A stretch of 64,000 nucleotides of DNA from the human T2T-CHM13v2.0 reference genome, Homo sapiens. Both the position numbers and the translations under genes were made by a program. A model generated the notes under the pieces. The model was given only the letters and a program-made list of their open reading frames with translations, had not been told where the DNA came from and searched no databases. This document shows, one piece after another, positions 15,989-27,980 of the stretch. The stretch lies in contig CP086569.2 of assembly GCA_009914755.4 (NCBI GenBank), forward strand, positions 18,528,001-18,592,000, in the 5' to 3' direction. Positions within the stretch are counted from its first letter, which is position 1. Every line of letters begins with the position of its first letter.

Positions 15989-16293
15989 TTTTTTTTTTTT
16001 TTTTTTTTTTGAGACAGAGTCTCACACAGTCACCCAGGAGTGGAGTGCAGTGGCAGGATCTCGGCTCACTGCAAGCTCAGCCTCCTGGGTTCACGCCATT
16101 TTTCTGCCTCAGCTTCCTGAGTAGCTGGGACTACATGTGCGTGCCACCACATCCGGGTAATTTTTTTGTGTTTTTATTAGAGATGGGGTTTCACCGTGTT
16201 AGCAAGGATGGTCTCGATCTCCTGACCTCATGATTCACCCACTTCGGCCTCCAAAAGTGCTGGGGTTACAGGTGTGAGCCACTGTGACCGGCC
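15989..16293 (-). mobile_element. Alu SINE
   Basis: A 22-nt T-run followed by gagacagagtctcacacagtcacccaggagtggagtgcagtggcaggatctcggctcactgcaagctc ... ggttacaggtgtgagccactgtgaccggccc. Confidence 0.9.
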
Positions 16294-18017
16294 CTTCTTT
16301 CTTTAATATTAAGGAAAGTCTTGAGAAAGAGACACAACATTTCCAGACCTGGTAAGAAGATAAATGCTGGGAGACTCCAGGATTAATGACAGAGTCAAAG
16401 ATCTGAGGAGATAAATTGAGGAACAGAAAACCCATATCTATATTTAAAATAACAACTACCAAGTGACTTAAACACATCAGTTGGAAAAATGGAAATAAAA
16501 GGAAAAATATGTTTTTATTGTGCCCACAGACATGAGATTGTCAGAAAATTAAAAGAATGTTAATATCCAGGGGAGGCTGGGTTCAGAGAAGCAGCTTTAT
16601 TCAGGGACTGTTGATGACAATGTACTTGCCACAGACCTTGTGGAAAGTCATCTGCCTGTAGCTTTGGAAATTTTACATATGTATATCATTTTACCCAGTA
16701 ATCACTTTCCTGGCAATCTACCATTAATACATATCATGTTCCAAATTGTGTCCCTTCTCCCAAATTTATATGTTGCTATTCTAAAATTTATATGTTGACA
16801 TTCTAAGGCATATATAATATAATTAGCCTCAAATTGTGAGTGAGTGTGTGTTTGGACATATCGCTTTTAAAGAGGTGACTATGATTAAGTAAGTTCAGTA
16901 AAGTGAACCCTAACCTAACATGACTGGAGTCCTTTCAAAAAGAGTAAAGACGCAGAGGCTCAAGAGAAGACACTCTGAAAACAGAAATAGAAGGTGGTCG
17001 ATTAATCTCAAGTAGAAATATGCATTAGAGAAACCACTTCAGCCAATAGCTTGTTGTTCAATTTCTAGCCTCCAGAATTATGAGAAACTCAGTTTCCATT
17101 GAGATCTTCAGTACACGGTACTAGATTATGGAAGCCCAAGCAAACTGTTCCAGCCAATCATGACACACAGATAAATTTTCTTCATTACAGCTAAAATGAA
17201 AATAGAATGTTATCATGGCAGGCTCCACCAGCATTGAAAGGCTAAGCCACTCTGCGAAATTACCTTCTTGTATAGAACATTACGAAGACATGTGAAGGCA
17301 CAGCTTCTACCCTGATGGGCTACAGGGATGAGTTCTCTGAGGTGCCACATTGCAGGCAAATGAAGGGAACAAAGTAACCTCTTTTTCACGTAACCTCTTC
17401 CCTATTTTTGTGTGAAAACCTTCTTAGTAATAGTGGTGGCTTTTAAGTATTGGAGAAAGTCTGGCAATACAGTGAAGCTGCCTGCTACAGAAGATACCTG
17501 GGCTAAATAGTTAATACAATACAAACTATAGCAACATGAATAAATACAGTCCAGTGTAAAGTAAAAACAACACAAAGGCCTCCTCTGGTATTTCTACAAG
17601 TACGTGAACAGGGACTTTACACCTAACCAAGTTGCCATTGGGACTAATGAAAGCCAGATTTTTGGCTGCAGAACTTTGGGTCACTCTGAGAAAAAAGCTC
17701 TAAGACAGAGCCCAGAGACAGTCCATATTTGGGTCTGGGTTTTGGACCCATCCTGGCATTGTCAGGCCCCAGTCTGTAGAGACTGCCATGTGCCTGCTCT
17801 CACCATAGCTCACTGGGCCCTGCTTGGTGGTATGGTGAACCTGCCCCTTGTCCAAGGAGATGGGGACTTGAACTCATCAAACAGCTGCTCATTGATTTTG
17901 ATACAGCTCTATAAAGAGAATGCCCAGCAGCCAAGCCAAGCCAAAAAAAAAAAAAAATGTTAATGGTCTCCCTTGTTTTTACCACAAGGTGACATCCCCA
18001 TTAGAAATTCTGCTCCC

Positions 18018-18312
18018 GCCTGGGTGCGGTGCCTTATGCCTGTAATTCCAGCAGCTTGGGAGGCTGAGGCAGGTGGATCATGAGGTCAGGAGATCGAGAC
18101 CATCCTGGCTAACATGGTGAAACCCCGTCTCTACTGAAAAAAAAAAATTAGCTGAATTTGGTGGCAGGAGACTGTAGTCCCAGCTACTCGGGAGGCTGAG
18201 GCAGGGGAACAACGTGAACCCAGGAAGAGAGTTTGCAGTGAGCAGAGATTGAGCCACTGCACTCCAGCCTGGGTGACAGAGTGAGATTCTGTCTCAAAAA
18301 AAAAAAAAAAAA
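18018..18312 (+). mobile_element. Alu SINE
   Basis: gcctgggtgcggtgccttatgcctgtaattccagcagcttgggaggctgaggcaggtggatcatgaggtcaggagatcgagacc ... tctcaaaaaaaaaaaaaaaaa. Confidence 0.9.
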
Positions 18313-19257
18313 TTATGCTCCCCAGATCAGACACATAGGAGCATCTTCATAGATCCCCAGTGCATGAAGAAACCAGAGGACAGCTGAAGACCTTGAGATT
18401 CACATCTGAGTAGACACACTTGCTCTCCAACACTCAACTATTTATTCAACCAGCCATGACCTGGGTTTGAACATGACGGACTCACCAGAGTTCCAAAGCC
18501 TGACAACCTGCACCTGTCAGGAAAAGCCACCTCCTTTCCTGTTCCCCCTGAAACACATGGTTATGGTGGGCCAGATGGGGTTTCCCAGATTAGATGACAA
18601 GAGAGGCCTGGCATGGACAGACCTGCCCTGGACTACACTGCAGTTCCTGTGGGTGCCTCTTGCCAAATGGGCACAGGTATCAAGGATGTGGGCTCAGCCA
18701 ACATCTGTATTATTTGAAAAGGCTCTCAACTTTGGACCTTTCTAAGGTAACAGCTTAGGAATATCACCACGAAATAAGAACATAGTGTTCTCTTAAGCAT
18801 ATCCCATGAAATGAGCTAGGTACAGGGCTGTCTCTAGAGTGTGGATGTCTAGTTTTCAAAGTTCTAAATTCTATCAGGTTCTGTCACAAGAGGAGTGTGT
18901 TAGTTCTTCAAGGTTCCATCATCCCCTGAGCCCTTTTCTTCTATAAATGTATGCAAAGTCTCTGCACAGCTGCTGATTACTCACCTTCCTATCCCGTGTC
19001 AACTCTTCATCTGTACACAGTTATGCAAACACAAGCCCCTTACCCCATGAAAACATCTAAATACAGCCAGGGCCCCAGGTTTGAGGGAAAAGAGCTGGAT
19101 TAGAACATTCTTTTTCTTCTCATTTCTGTGATCATAAAAAAACCACTGTGTTTCAAGTCTCCCCAGCCCTGAAATATATGCACATTGGGGATTCTGCTAG
19201 CATCGGCTTCCAAGCAATTTCTTTGAATATATAGGAGGTAGAGTGAATAAAATTCAG

Positions 19258-19496
19258 TTAGGTGCAGTGGCTCATGCCTGTAATCCCAGCACATTAGGAG
19301 GCCAAGGCAGGTGGATCGACTTAAGGCCAAGAGTTCGAGACAAGCCTTGGCAAACATGGCAAAAATTCAGGAGGCTGGGGTCAGTGAGTCGCTTCAACCA
19401 GAGAGGCAGAGGTTGCAGTAAGCCGAGAATGTGCCACAGCACTCCAGCCTAGGTGATAGAGCAAGATCCTGTCTCAAAATAACAATAATAATAAGC
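19258..19496 (+). mobile_element. Alu SINE with an internal deletion
   Basis: ttaggtgcagtggctcatgcctgtaatcccagcacattaggaggccaaggcaggtggatcgacttaaggccaagagttcgagac ... cactccagcctaggtgatagagcaagatcctgtctcaaaataacaataataataagc. Confidence 0.8.
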
Positions 19497-19508
19497 ATGA
19501 TAAAAAGA

Positions 19509-19640
19509 TTAGCTAGGTGTGGTGGTGCATGCCAGTACTCCCAGCTACTCAGGAGTCTGAGATAAGGAGAAGATCACTTGAAGCCTGAAAAATTGAGGCA
19601 GCAGTCAGTCATGACCCACTCTAACCTGGGCAATCCTGTG
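19509..19640 (+). mobile_element. Alu right-arm fragment
   Basis: ttagctaggtgtggtggtgcatgccagtactcccagctactcaggagtctgagataaggagaagatcacttgaagcctg. Confidence 0.7.
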
Positions 19641-19724
19641 AGAAAGAGAGAAAAGAAAGAAGGAAAGAAGGAAAGAGAAAGAAAGAAAGAAAGAAGAGAG
19701 AAAGAGAGAAAGAAAGAAAGAAAC
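19641..19724. repeat. (GAAA)n/(GA)n polypurine microsatellite. It produces the KKERK... ORF artefacts.
   Basis: gaaaagaaagaaggaaagaaggaaagagaaagaaagaaagaaagaagagagaaagagagaaagaaagaaagaaac. Confidence 0.9.
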
Positions 19725-19730
19725 AAATGC

Positions 19731-20033
<303 letters not shown>

Positions 20034-20082
20034 TCATATTGGATCTGCCCATTTGTCAACTCCGAGATCTATATTTTCCATC

Positions 20083-20367
20083 TTTTTTTTTTTTTTTTTT
20101 TGAGATTGAGTCTCCCTGTGTCACCCAGGCTGGAGTGCATTGGTGCAAGCTCCTCTGCCTCACAAGTTCAAGTGATTTTCCTGCTTCAACCACCTGAGCA
20201 TGTGGGACTACAGGAGTGCGCCACCAAGCCTAGCTAATTTTGTATTTTTGGTAAAGACGAGGTTTCACCATATTGGTCAGGCTAGTCTCAAACACCTGAC
20301 TATAAGATCCACATGCCTCGGCCTCCAAAAGTGCTGGGATTAGAGGAGTGAGCCACCATGCCTGGCC
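20083..20367 (-). mobile_element. Alu SINE
   Basis: T-run, then gagattgagtctccctgtgtcacccaggctggagtgcattggtgcaagctcctctgcctcacaagttcaagtgattttcctgc ... gattagaggagtgagccaccatgcctggcc. Confidence 0.9.
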
Positions 20368-20372
20368 TCATC

Positions 20373-20603
20373 TTTTTTTTTTTTTTTTTTTTTTTTTGAG
20401 ACAGGGTATCACTCTGTCATCCAGGCCAGAGTGCTGTGGTTCGAATTAGGCTCGCTGCTACCTCCACCTCCCAGGCTCAAGTGATTCTTGTGCCTCAGCT
20501 TCTCTGAGTGTCTGGGATCACAGATGCATGCCACCATTTCCGGCTGATATTTGCATTTTTAGTAGAGATGAATGGGGTTTAGCCATGTTGGCCAGGCTTG
20601 TCC
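20373..20603 (-). mobile_element. Alu SINE, truncated at the Alu 5' end. It is the first of three head-to-tail minus-strand Alus.
   Basis: A 25-nt T-run, then gagacagggtatcactctgtcatccaggccagagtgctgtggttcgaattaggctcgctgctacctccacctcccaggctcaag ... gccatgttggccaggcttgtcc. Confidence 0.85.
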
Positions 20604-20633
20604 ACTCATCCTGTTTTCTTTTTTTTAAATTCA

Positions 20634-20947
<314 letters not shown>

Positions 20948-21129
20948 CACCACCAGCCCCACTCATCTTTAAGATGACAATACTGTACAGTAGTTTCAGA
21001 AAACAGGGTGCACTTACCGAATCCTACACACGTTCCTTCCTTGTTGGGTTTGTGTAATTTTGGTCACCAGTCAAGGAGATACACCTTCCCCCACCTTTTT
21101 CTTTTATTTGTTTCTTTCTTTATTTTAAT

Positions 21130-21185
21130 CCTCCTGCCTTGGCCTCCCTAAGTGCTGGGATTACTGGGGTGAGCCACCATGCCCA
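21130..21185 (-). mobile_element. Short Alu fragment
   Basis: cctcctgccttggcctccctaagtgctgggattactggggtgagccaccatgccc. Confidence 0.7.
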
Positions 21186-21257
21186 TCTGTCCTAAAGACA
21201 TATCCATTGAAAGTAAGAAATAGAGAGGTCCTTTCAGTCATGTGATTTATTGATTGA

Positions 21258-21524
21258 TTCAGAGACAGTGTCTCATTCTGTCACCCTGGCTGGAGTGCAG
21301 TGGTGCCATCAAAGCTCATGCACTGCAGCCTGGACACACCTTATTTCAAGTGATCCTTCCTCCTCAGACTCCAGAGTAGAGTAACTGGGACCACAGGCAC
21401 GCGCCACTGTGCCCAGATTATTTTTAAATTTGTTCTACAGACAGAGTCTCATCACTTCATTGCAATCCTCCTGTCCCAGAGTCTCAGAGTGCTGGAATGA
21501 TGGGCATGAGCCACTTTGCCTGGC
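21258..21524 (-). mobile_element. Alu SINE
   Basis: cagagacagtgtctcattctgtcaccctggctggagtgcagtggtgccatcaaagctcatgcactgcagcc ... gaatgatgggcatgagccactttgcctggcc. Confidence 0.85.
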
Positions 21525-21562
21525 CTCCTGGTAATCACTCACAACCACGACATGTGTTCTGA

Positions 21563-21716
21563 TTTTTTTTCTTTCTTTTCTTTTCTTTCTCTCTCTTTCT
21601 TTCTTTCCTTCCTTCCTTCCTTCCTTCCTTCCTTCCTTCCTTCCTTCCTTCCTTCCTTCATTTCTTCCTCTCTTTCTTTCTTTCTTTCTTTCTTTCTTCT
21701 CTTTCTTCTTTTTTTG
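21563..21716. repeat. (TTTC)n/(TTCC)n polypyrimidine microsatellite of ~150 bp
   Basis: ttttttttctttcttttcttttctttctctctctttctttctttccttccttccttcc... This is the source of the FLPSFLPSF and KKERKKERK ORF artefacts (21516..21737+, 21435..21764-). Confidence 0.95.
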
Positions 21717-22159
21717 ATGGAGTCTTGCTCTGTGTGAGGCGAGGAGCATCACCTTGGAAGCCACAGCACCGCATTACAAAGCCCCATTCACATGCACAAA
21801 GCTTTATTCCCTTCCTGAATTCCTAGCTGGTGACTTCTATGGCTTCAGGCTTCTCTCCATTCAGAAGCTTTTGCAGGAGCCACCCCACCCAAAGCCTGGG
21901 GTGTGGGATGGAGCTAGAAAGTCAGTCTCCCACCTTTTCTAGCTTGGCCACAACATCCTCTGTCCCCCACCGCTTGCTCACCCTTTGAGATCCCCGGCCT
22001 CCATCACCTTGGAGGCTGACCTCTTACTTTACTTTATGTCTTTCTTCCTTTCTTGGGCTTGAGTAGGGGGTGTAGAGGTGAGAGTGTGTGCGGGGAGGGA
22101 TGTGTGTGATGAGGACATAGGGGAGTGTCCTAAGGGTCGATTTACTCTCATGCTTCTTT

Positions 22160-22455
22160 TATCACCATCACCGTAGATGAAACCAACAATAAACTAAACA
22201 CGGTGTGTTCTCATCTGTAAGTGGGAACTACATAATGAGAACATGTGGGCAGAAAGAGGGCGACCAGAGACACGGGACCTTACTTGAGGGAGGAGGAATG
22301 GTAGGAGAGATAGTTTCAGATTAAAACACAAAAACTGTCCGGTATTGCGCTGAGTACCCAGGTGATGAAATAATCTGCACTCTGAACCCCCCAGTCAGAA
22401 GTTACCTATATGACAATCTTGCACATGTATGCTTCAACAAGAAATAAAATTTGAG
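22160..22455 (+). mobile_element. L1 3'-UTR terminal fragment. The insertion is heavily 5'-truncated.
   Basis: gtgttctcatctgtaagtgggaactacataatgagaacatgtgggcagaaagag...cttgcacatgtatgcttcaacaagaaataaaatttg parallels the L1 3' end ttctcactcataggtgggaattgaacaatgagaacacatggacacagg...ctgcacatgtaccctagaacttaaagtataataaa. Confidence 0.6.
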
Positions 22456-22659
22456 AAAGAGAGAGAGAGAAACAAAACGAAACACCACCTCCTTGACCTG
22501 AGGCAGGGGGTACCGGCCTTATAGGGGACATTCAGTGGCAATGCAAGAAAGCCACAGTTAGCCCCATGGAATATATTCTGCCACTTAAGGGATCAGAAAC
22601 TGCAAACAACTGTAGGTTCTAAAGGGGAAAAGGGAAGGAAGGCAGGGGATTATTTCAGT

Positions 22660-22945
22660 CTTTTTTTCTGAGACTGAGTCTCTTGCTCTGCTGCCCAGTC
22701 TGGGGTGCATTGGCACTATCTTGGCTCACTGCAACCTCTGCCTCCTGGGTTCCAGCAATTCCCATGCTTCAGCCTTCAGTAGCTGGGATTACAGATGCAC
22801 ACAGCCACGACAGGCTAATTTTTGTATTTTTAGTAGAGACGGGGTTTTGCCATGGTGGCTAAGCTGGTCTCGAACTCCTAACTTCAAGTCTCCTGGCCCT
22901 CCCAGAGTGCTGGCATGACAGGCGTGAGCCACCGAGATTTCAGCC
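22660..22945 (-). mobile_element. Alu SINE
   Basis: tttttttctgagactgagtctcttgctctgctgcccagtctggggtgcattggcactatcttggctcactgcaacctctgcctcc ... ggcatgacaggcgtgagccaccgagatttcagcc. Confidence 0.9.
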
Positions 22946-23792
22946 TTTAAAAGTGTATGTTCTGCCGCCTTTCACTGCAGCCCTTATGTTCTGAATGGTG
23001 TGTCATTTCTGCTATAGGTTGACTCCCTTAGTCCCCTCTCCCCGTTATTACTCAGTTAAGTAAGTTAGTTTTGTTTTTTGTCTTCTTGGCTTTTAGACGG
23101 TGCTGTCACCACAGCTGTTGTCGGTGGCTAGCAGACCGTGTGTCATCCCAAGTCAGATGCACGGAATCCCACTGGGAGGGGAGAAAAGGATAGGGGTATC
23201 TGGAGACTTTTGCCTTGGGAGACTGTCATTTTTCACCGCTCACAAAAACATGGGAGCAGGGAGAGTGCTTTGCCTTCCACCCTCTGAAGTTTCATCTGAA
23301 ACCTCAACTCGTCAGAGGCAGAAGAATAAAAGAATAGGCAGATATGTTTCTGGGACCTGTCTTCATGGGAGTCTACAGAACGAAGGCCCCAAGAGGATGG
23401 GGAAATTGTCCGTGTATATGCTTGAATTCCACAGGGTGTGTTTTGTTCGACTGTAGGTCCTGAGACTCCCGTTCTGGGGAGGGCCCTGCACCTTCCACGA
23501 AAGGAAGGAGTGCCATGTTTAGAGAGGATGAGAGAAATCTAGACAGACAGGCATTGCTGGGCTTCCCCACTCGGTGTATGATTTTGGGAGGTAGAGGCCA
23601 GGTCTGCACTTGGATGGAAGGGGCATGTTCAGGCTTTTCCCCCTGTCTCTTGTGGAGTCTACATCTCGTATTTCCCTGACAAACTCCTCAATTTAAAAAT
23701 TAACGGTGAAACAAAATCTGACCTAGTGAAACCACCTGTGAAGGCAATGAGAAAGAAAGCTCATTATTGTGGCATAAAACTCTATACACATG

Positions 23793-24066
23793 GTGGGGCA
23801 CGGTGGCTGATGCCTGTAATCCTAGCACGTCGGGAGGCCGAGGTGGGCGGATCACCTGAGGTCGGAGTTCGAAACCAGCCAGACCCACATGGAGAAAACG
23901 TGCTTGTACTAAAAATAAAAAATTAACGGCGCGTGGTGGCATATGCCTATAATCCCAGGAACTCAGGAGGCTGAGGCAGGAAAATCGGTTGAACCTGGGA
24001 GGCAGAGGTTGCAGTGAGCCCAGGTTGTGCCACTACACTGTAGCCTGGGCAACAAGAGCGAAACTC
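23793..24066 (+). mobile_element. Alu SINE that retains unusually many CpG dinucleotides and has no A-tail. It abuts the CpG island directly.
   Basis: ggggcacggtggctgatgcctgtaatcctagcacgtcgggaggccgaggtgggcggatcacctgaggtcggagttcgaaaccagcc...aattaacggcgcgtggtgg...gaaaatcggttgaacc...caacaagagcgaaactc, followed immediately by ttgagtgatttc with no poly-A. Confidence 0.85.
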
Positions 24067-25400
24067 TTGAGTGATTTCTAGTAAATGGCACTGTATCGCC
24101 GCCAGGCTAATACGGCGGTGATGTTCTCGTGGAGAGACACTGTGGGGAGTGATGTGTAGTGTGCGGACTCCGATCTTAGAGGTCGTATGTGGATGCTCTG
24201 GGATTCACTGAACTAAATTTTTGAATGATTCACGACAGAGAGGACTTTGCGGAACACGACTGAGAAATGGGTACTTCAGGAGTGAAAACTGGCCTGAGGA
24301 CAGGAGGGAATTTGGTGTAAGCTGTCCTCTCTGGGAAATCCATGCTGTGTCTGGTAGCGTGGATTTCACGGACTTTGTTCCATTGTGACAGGTATTTGCC
24401 ACTCTGAGGTCGTGGGTCTGGAGTATACCCTGAAACGCTATGGACTGGACTTCTGCCTTAGATAGGTCCCACCTCCAGCCCTAGCCTCCATCCGCACACC
24501 CGTGCCCCCGTGGTCCTCTTTTCTCTCTGGGGGAATGGAAGTTCCAGAAGATCCCATGGGCAGAAACGTAGGCTGTGTCCTCTGTGGGGCTCTGGTCGCT
24601 AGTCGTGGGAATTGCCTGGGAGTTCTCCCTGGGCCCGGAAACGACCTGATGTGAGAGGGATCTGGAAGAGGCCAGTGACTGGGGTGTGCCTCTTCCGCAC
24701 TCCATCCCCAACCTCCACCCTGACACAGAAAGACGCATTATTCGTTTCTTTTCCGTGCCGACTGACACTTGCAAGCATCGGTTGTCTTCGGGCATCACCT
24801 AGCGGCCACTGTTATTGAAAGTCGAGGTGGCACGGAGGGACGTCTGGCCGACTTCACAGAGCCTGGGGCCACTGGCTTCTCTCCCTCTCTTCTGGAGGCC
24901 CGTCACTCTCTCCCTTCTTCCTAGGGAACCTCCGACCTGGCGGGGTCCCTGTTGTTCTTTTCTCAGCATATTATTTTGCTTCACCTGTTGGTTTCTTTAA
25001 TGCTCATAGGCTCTTCCATTTTGGCTTTATGTACGGTCACTTTAATTTTTAAGTCGCCGCCCGGACCCCCAAGCCCTTTTACCTTAATTTAGTGTTAGTT
25101 AGGTGGGTTTTCCCCAACCCCCTCATCTCCTACCACTGTGCTTGGAAACGTTCGAGAGTCACCAGGGTGTGCCTCCCTCTTCTCTCCCCTTCCCCCACCG
25201 CTCGCTGGTGATCTCATTCCCACCAGGCTGACATTTGCATTGGTGGTCGTCAGGCCTCACTCATTGGCCACAGTTTTTAAAGATGGGGGCGGCACTGTCC
25301 CACTTCCCGAGAGGCAGCTTGGGCCGATGGGATAGAGCTTGACCCGTGTGGACAAGCGGACAGGCAGGCGGGACCGACTGCAGTTATGAGTTTTTTCCCC
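24067..25400. promoter_or_regulatory. CpG island of ~1.3 kb with Sp1-type GC boxes and no ORF. It is a candidate promoter or unmethylated regulatory block of unknown target.
   Basis: CG dinucleotides are dense here and sparse elsewhere: atcgccgccaggctaatacggcggtg, gtgcggactccgatc, gcggaacacgac, ccgcacacccgtgcccccgtgg, gctagtcgtgg, cccggaaacgacc, ccgtgccgac, catcggttgtcttcggg, tagcggcc, gtcgaggtggcacggagggacgtctggccgac, ctccgacctggcgggg, gtcgccgcccggaccc, gaaacgttcgagag, ccgctcgctgg, gatgggggcggcac, ggcaggcgggaccgactg. By eye I count about 50 CpG in ~1350 bp against roughly 1 per 100 bp in the flanks. Confidence 0.6.
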
Positions 25401-25987
25401 CATTGTTCCTCAGGCCTCTCTCCCTAGGAAAGTTCCATCCTGGCTGGGTCTTAATCACCTTTTATCAAGATTTTTTTTTTTTTTTTTAATTTTCTCCTCC
25501 CTCAGGCCAGCATATTTTCAAAATGGGAAGGGCGTCACCGCTCTACCCTGGGCCTTATTAGTATGTGCCCAAAATAGAACCGCTTTCTACAAAGCATTTT
25601 GCTGGTTTAAGATTTCCAGAGACAATGCTTTGGCCCTTGTTTGCTTGCTTGTTTTGTTTTGTTTGTGTTTTTTTTCTTTTTCGTATTTATTTATTTTCCG
25701 CTGAAGTAGAATTCACCAATTTTTAGGAAGATGTATATTTTCCCAAGGACATATTAGCCGCTGTTTTCTTCTGTTGTTAACTAGCACTTTTGTGAATCTC
25801 TCAACGTATAGTGAGAGCCAGTTGATGTAAACTATAGTTCATAACATCTTACTTTCTAAAAATCTGCAAGTGAGTGTTGCTGCTGCCGCTGTTCTTTTTG
25901 ATGTTCTTGTTTTCAATCATATTCTGGCCACTGTTTATGGCATCAGAGCATTATACAATACATGTAATTATTTCTTGAGTACCCCAT

Positions 25988-26392
25988 TCCTCTTCCTCTC
26001 TCTCTCCCTCTCTGTCTCTGTCTCTCTCTCTGTCTCTCTCACTCTGTCTCTTTCCTTGTCTATCTTTCTCTCCATCTATCTCTCCGTCTCTCTCTGTTTC
26101 TGTCTCTCTCTTCCTGTCTCTGTTTCTCTCAGTCTGTCTCTCTGTCCTCTGTCATTCTTTCTTTATCCATGTCTCTCTCTCTGTCTCTCTTTCTGTCTGT
26201 GTCTCTCTCTGTCAGTCTCTTTCCCTGTCTGTCCATCTGTCTCTCTCTTTCTTTCTCTATGTCTTTCCTTTTTCTCTTTCCTTTCTTTGTGTCTCTGTCT
26301 CTCTCTGTCTGTCTCTGTCTGCCTCTCTCACTTTCTCTCTCTCTCTGTAACTTTCTTTCTCTGTCCTATTCTTCCCTCCCTGTCTTTTTTCT
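25988..26392. repeat. Polypyrimidine (CT-rich, TCTCTG/TCTC-type) tract of ~400 bp on the plus strand, with polypurine on the minus strand. It is mirror-repeat rich and capable of H-DNA.
   Basis: ctcttcctctctctctccctctctgtctctgtctctctctctgtctctctcactctgtctctttccttgtctatctttctctccatctatctctccgtctctctctgtttctgtctctc... It is the source of the LSLSLSVSV ORF artefacts 25870..26409 and 26169..26399. Confidence 0.95.
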
Positions 26393-27702
26393 ACTATAGG
26401 CTCGGGTAGATCTAATCTATTACCAAGGCTGAATTATTAACTGTAGAACTCCCAGATCTGATTTCCATACAGAAAACTACAGAACTGGAGAGTTCATTTC
26501 TGGGCTTGGATATCTCATGGATATTACACACTAATAAAAAGGCAACCTTAAAATCTGGGTTTGCTTTTCCCTTGCCTCGGCTGTGACCCAGACTTACTGT
26601 CTCAATAAATCGTACCTCTGTTCACCTAGGATGCTAGGAGGGTTTTCTCAATCTGTATCCCCTGTGTCCTAAACAACTCGTGACCAAGCTCTGTCCATTC
26701 TTTCTAAAATATATATCTCCAAATACTTCTCTCAATTTCCAGAAGTCCCACGGCCCCTTGTGGAACCACTGGCTCTTTGGAAAACCTCCCAGAAGTGGTT
26801 TCAGCTTCTCGGATAGGAGGTGTAAGCCTGCTGAGAACTTTCCTTCCCAGGATTCTGTGTGAACAAAAGTGCCTCTGCTGGGAACTGTGATCCTGGAGAC
26901 CATGCTTGCTAGTGCTGAATGATTCTCTGGAAGGATGCATGGGACTCCACAAAGCTGACCACCCCCAAATAGGTCAAATACATACCTCTACATTGGCCTG
27001 CTGCCTCCACCATACATCCCTCTCACTGTCACCATCGGCATCCTTGTGAGCTTGCCCAAGGCACCCACTCCAGGGAAACCCCTGGGAGGGCGGCCTTCCT
27101 CTGCTTAAGTCCAACGTGATGGCAAACTCCACTTACATCATCTCCACTGCACTGTGAAGATGTGGAGAGTAGGGTAGAGAGGACAGCAGGAGGTGAGACG
27201 TCCTGGCAGGTGATGAGTTCCCTAGACTTTGACCAACCCAACCACGTCCCATGTCTCCAGCACATGCCGGACACCGCCATTCTCTCCCCTCCTCTGTCCA
27301 CAGTACCCCCCACCAGCATACACGCTGGAGGTTACAAAACCACACGGTATGAGTAGAGCCTGACACGCTCCTTATGTGAGTGTCTGGATCATCGTTCATC
27401 TGCGGCTGCATGCTAGGAAACAGATTCTCCCATTTTTATTGAATGGAGCGAGAGCCCATTTCAGGAGGAGTTCTGCAGAGAGCCTAATTATCCCGCATGC
27501 GTGGCTACAGGCTAGAAGTGCATATCGCTTCTTAAGTGCAGGGGATTCCTTAGGCTGTCAGGTTTGTGTGACTACCTCTCAAACCCTTCCTTGAGGCCAT
27601 AAAATATTTTCAACCCCACCCCACAACATTTCCCTGCGTGCTCAATATATCCTGTCAATAGACCTGGGCATGACGCTTTGAGTTAAACACATTCATTGGC
27701 TT

Positions 27703-27980
27703 TGTTTGTTTGTTTGTTTCTGAGATGGAGTCTCACTCTGTCCCCCAGGCTGGAGTTACAGTGGCTCCGCCTTTCAGGTTCAAGTGATTCTCCTGCCTCA
27801 GCCTCCTGAGTAGCTAGGATTACAGGCATGCACCACCACACCCAACTAATTTTTGTAATTTTAGTAGAGATGGGGTTTCACCATGTTGGCTAGGCGGGTC
27901 TCACAATCCTGACCTCGTGATCTGCCTGCCTTAGCCTCCCAAAGTGCTGGGATGACAGGCATGAGCCACAGTCCATGGCC
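27703..27980 (-). mobile_element. Alu SINE
   Basis: tttgtttgtttgtttctgagatggagtctcactctgtcccccaggctggagttacagtggctccgcctttcaggttcaagtgattctcctgcc ... ctgggatgacaggcatgagccacagtccatggcc. Confidence 0.9.

Noticed and set aside
16300-17960. An AT-rich segment ending in a 15-nt A-run at 17943-17957, which could be a retroposed sequence or an unclassified interspersed repeat
   Set aside because: I could not match it confidently to any repeat family or gene from memory. The A-run alone is insufficient evidence, so it is left unannotated.
24067-26400. Whether the CpG island plus the long CT tract is a piece of the rDNA intergenic spacer, which in human also has Alu-rich regions and long pyrimidine tracts
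   Set aside because: I could not find rDNA landmarks: no Sal-box terminators (gggtcgaccag), no 28S or 18S sequence, and no R-repeat structure. Without a database comparison the resemblance is only compositional, so it is left as an unclassified CpG island.
25870-26409. A 179-aa ORF (LSLSLSVSVSLSV...) and the overlapping 76-aa ORF
   Set aside because: Translation of the CT-rich polypyrimidine microsatellite gives a low-complexity artefact. The same applies to 21435..21764- and 21516..21737+ (the KKERKKERK and FLPSFLPSF artefacts from the TTTC/TTCC repeat), to 5931..6350+ (poly-Q from (CAA)n) and to 19578..19811+.
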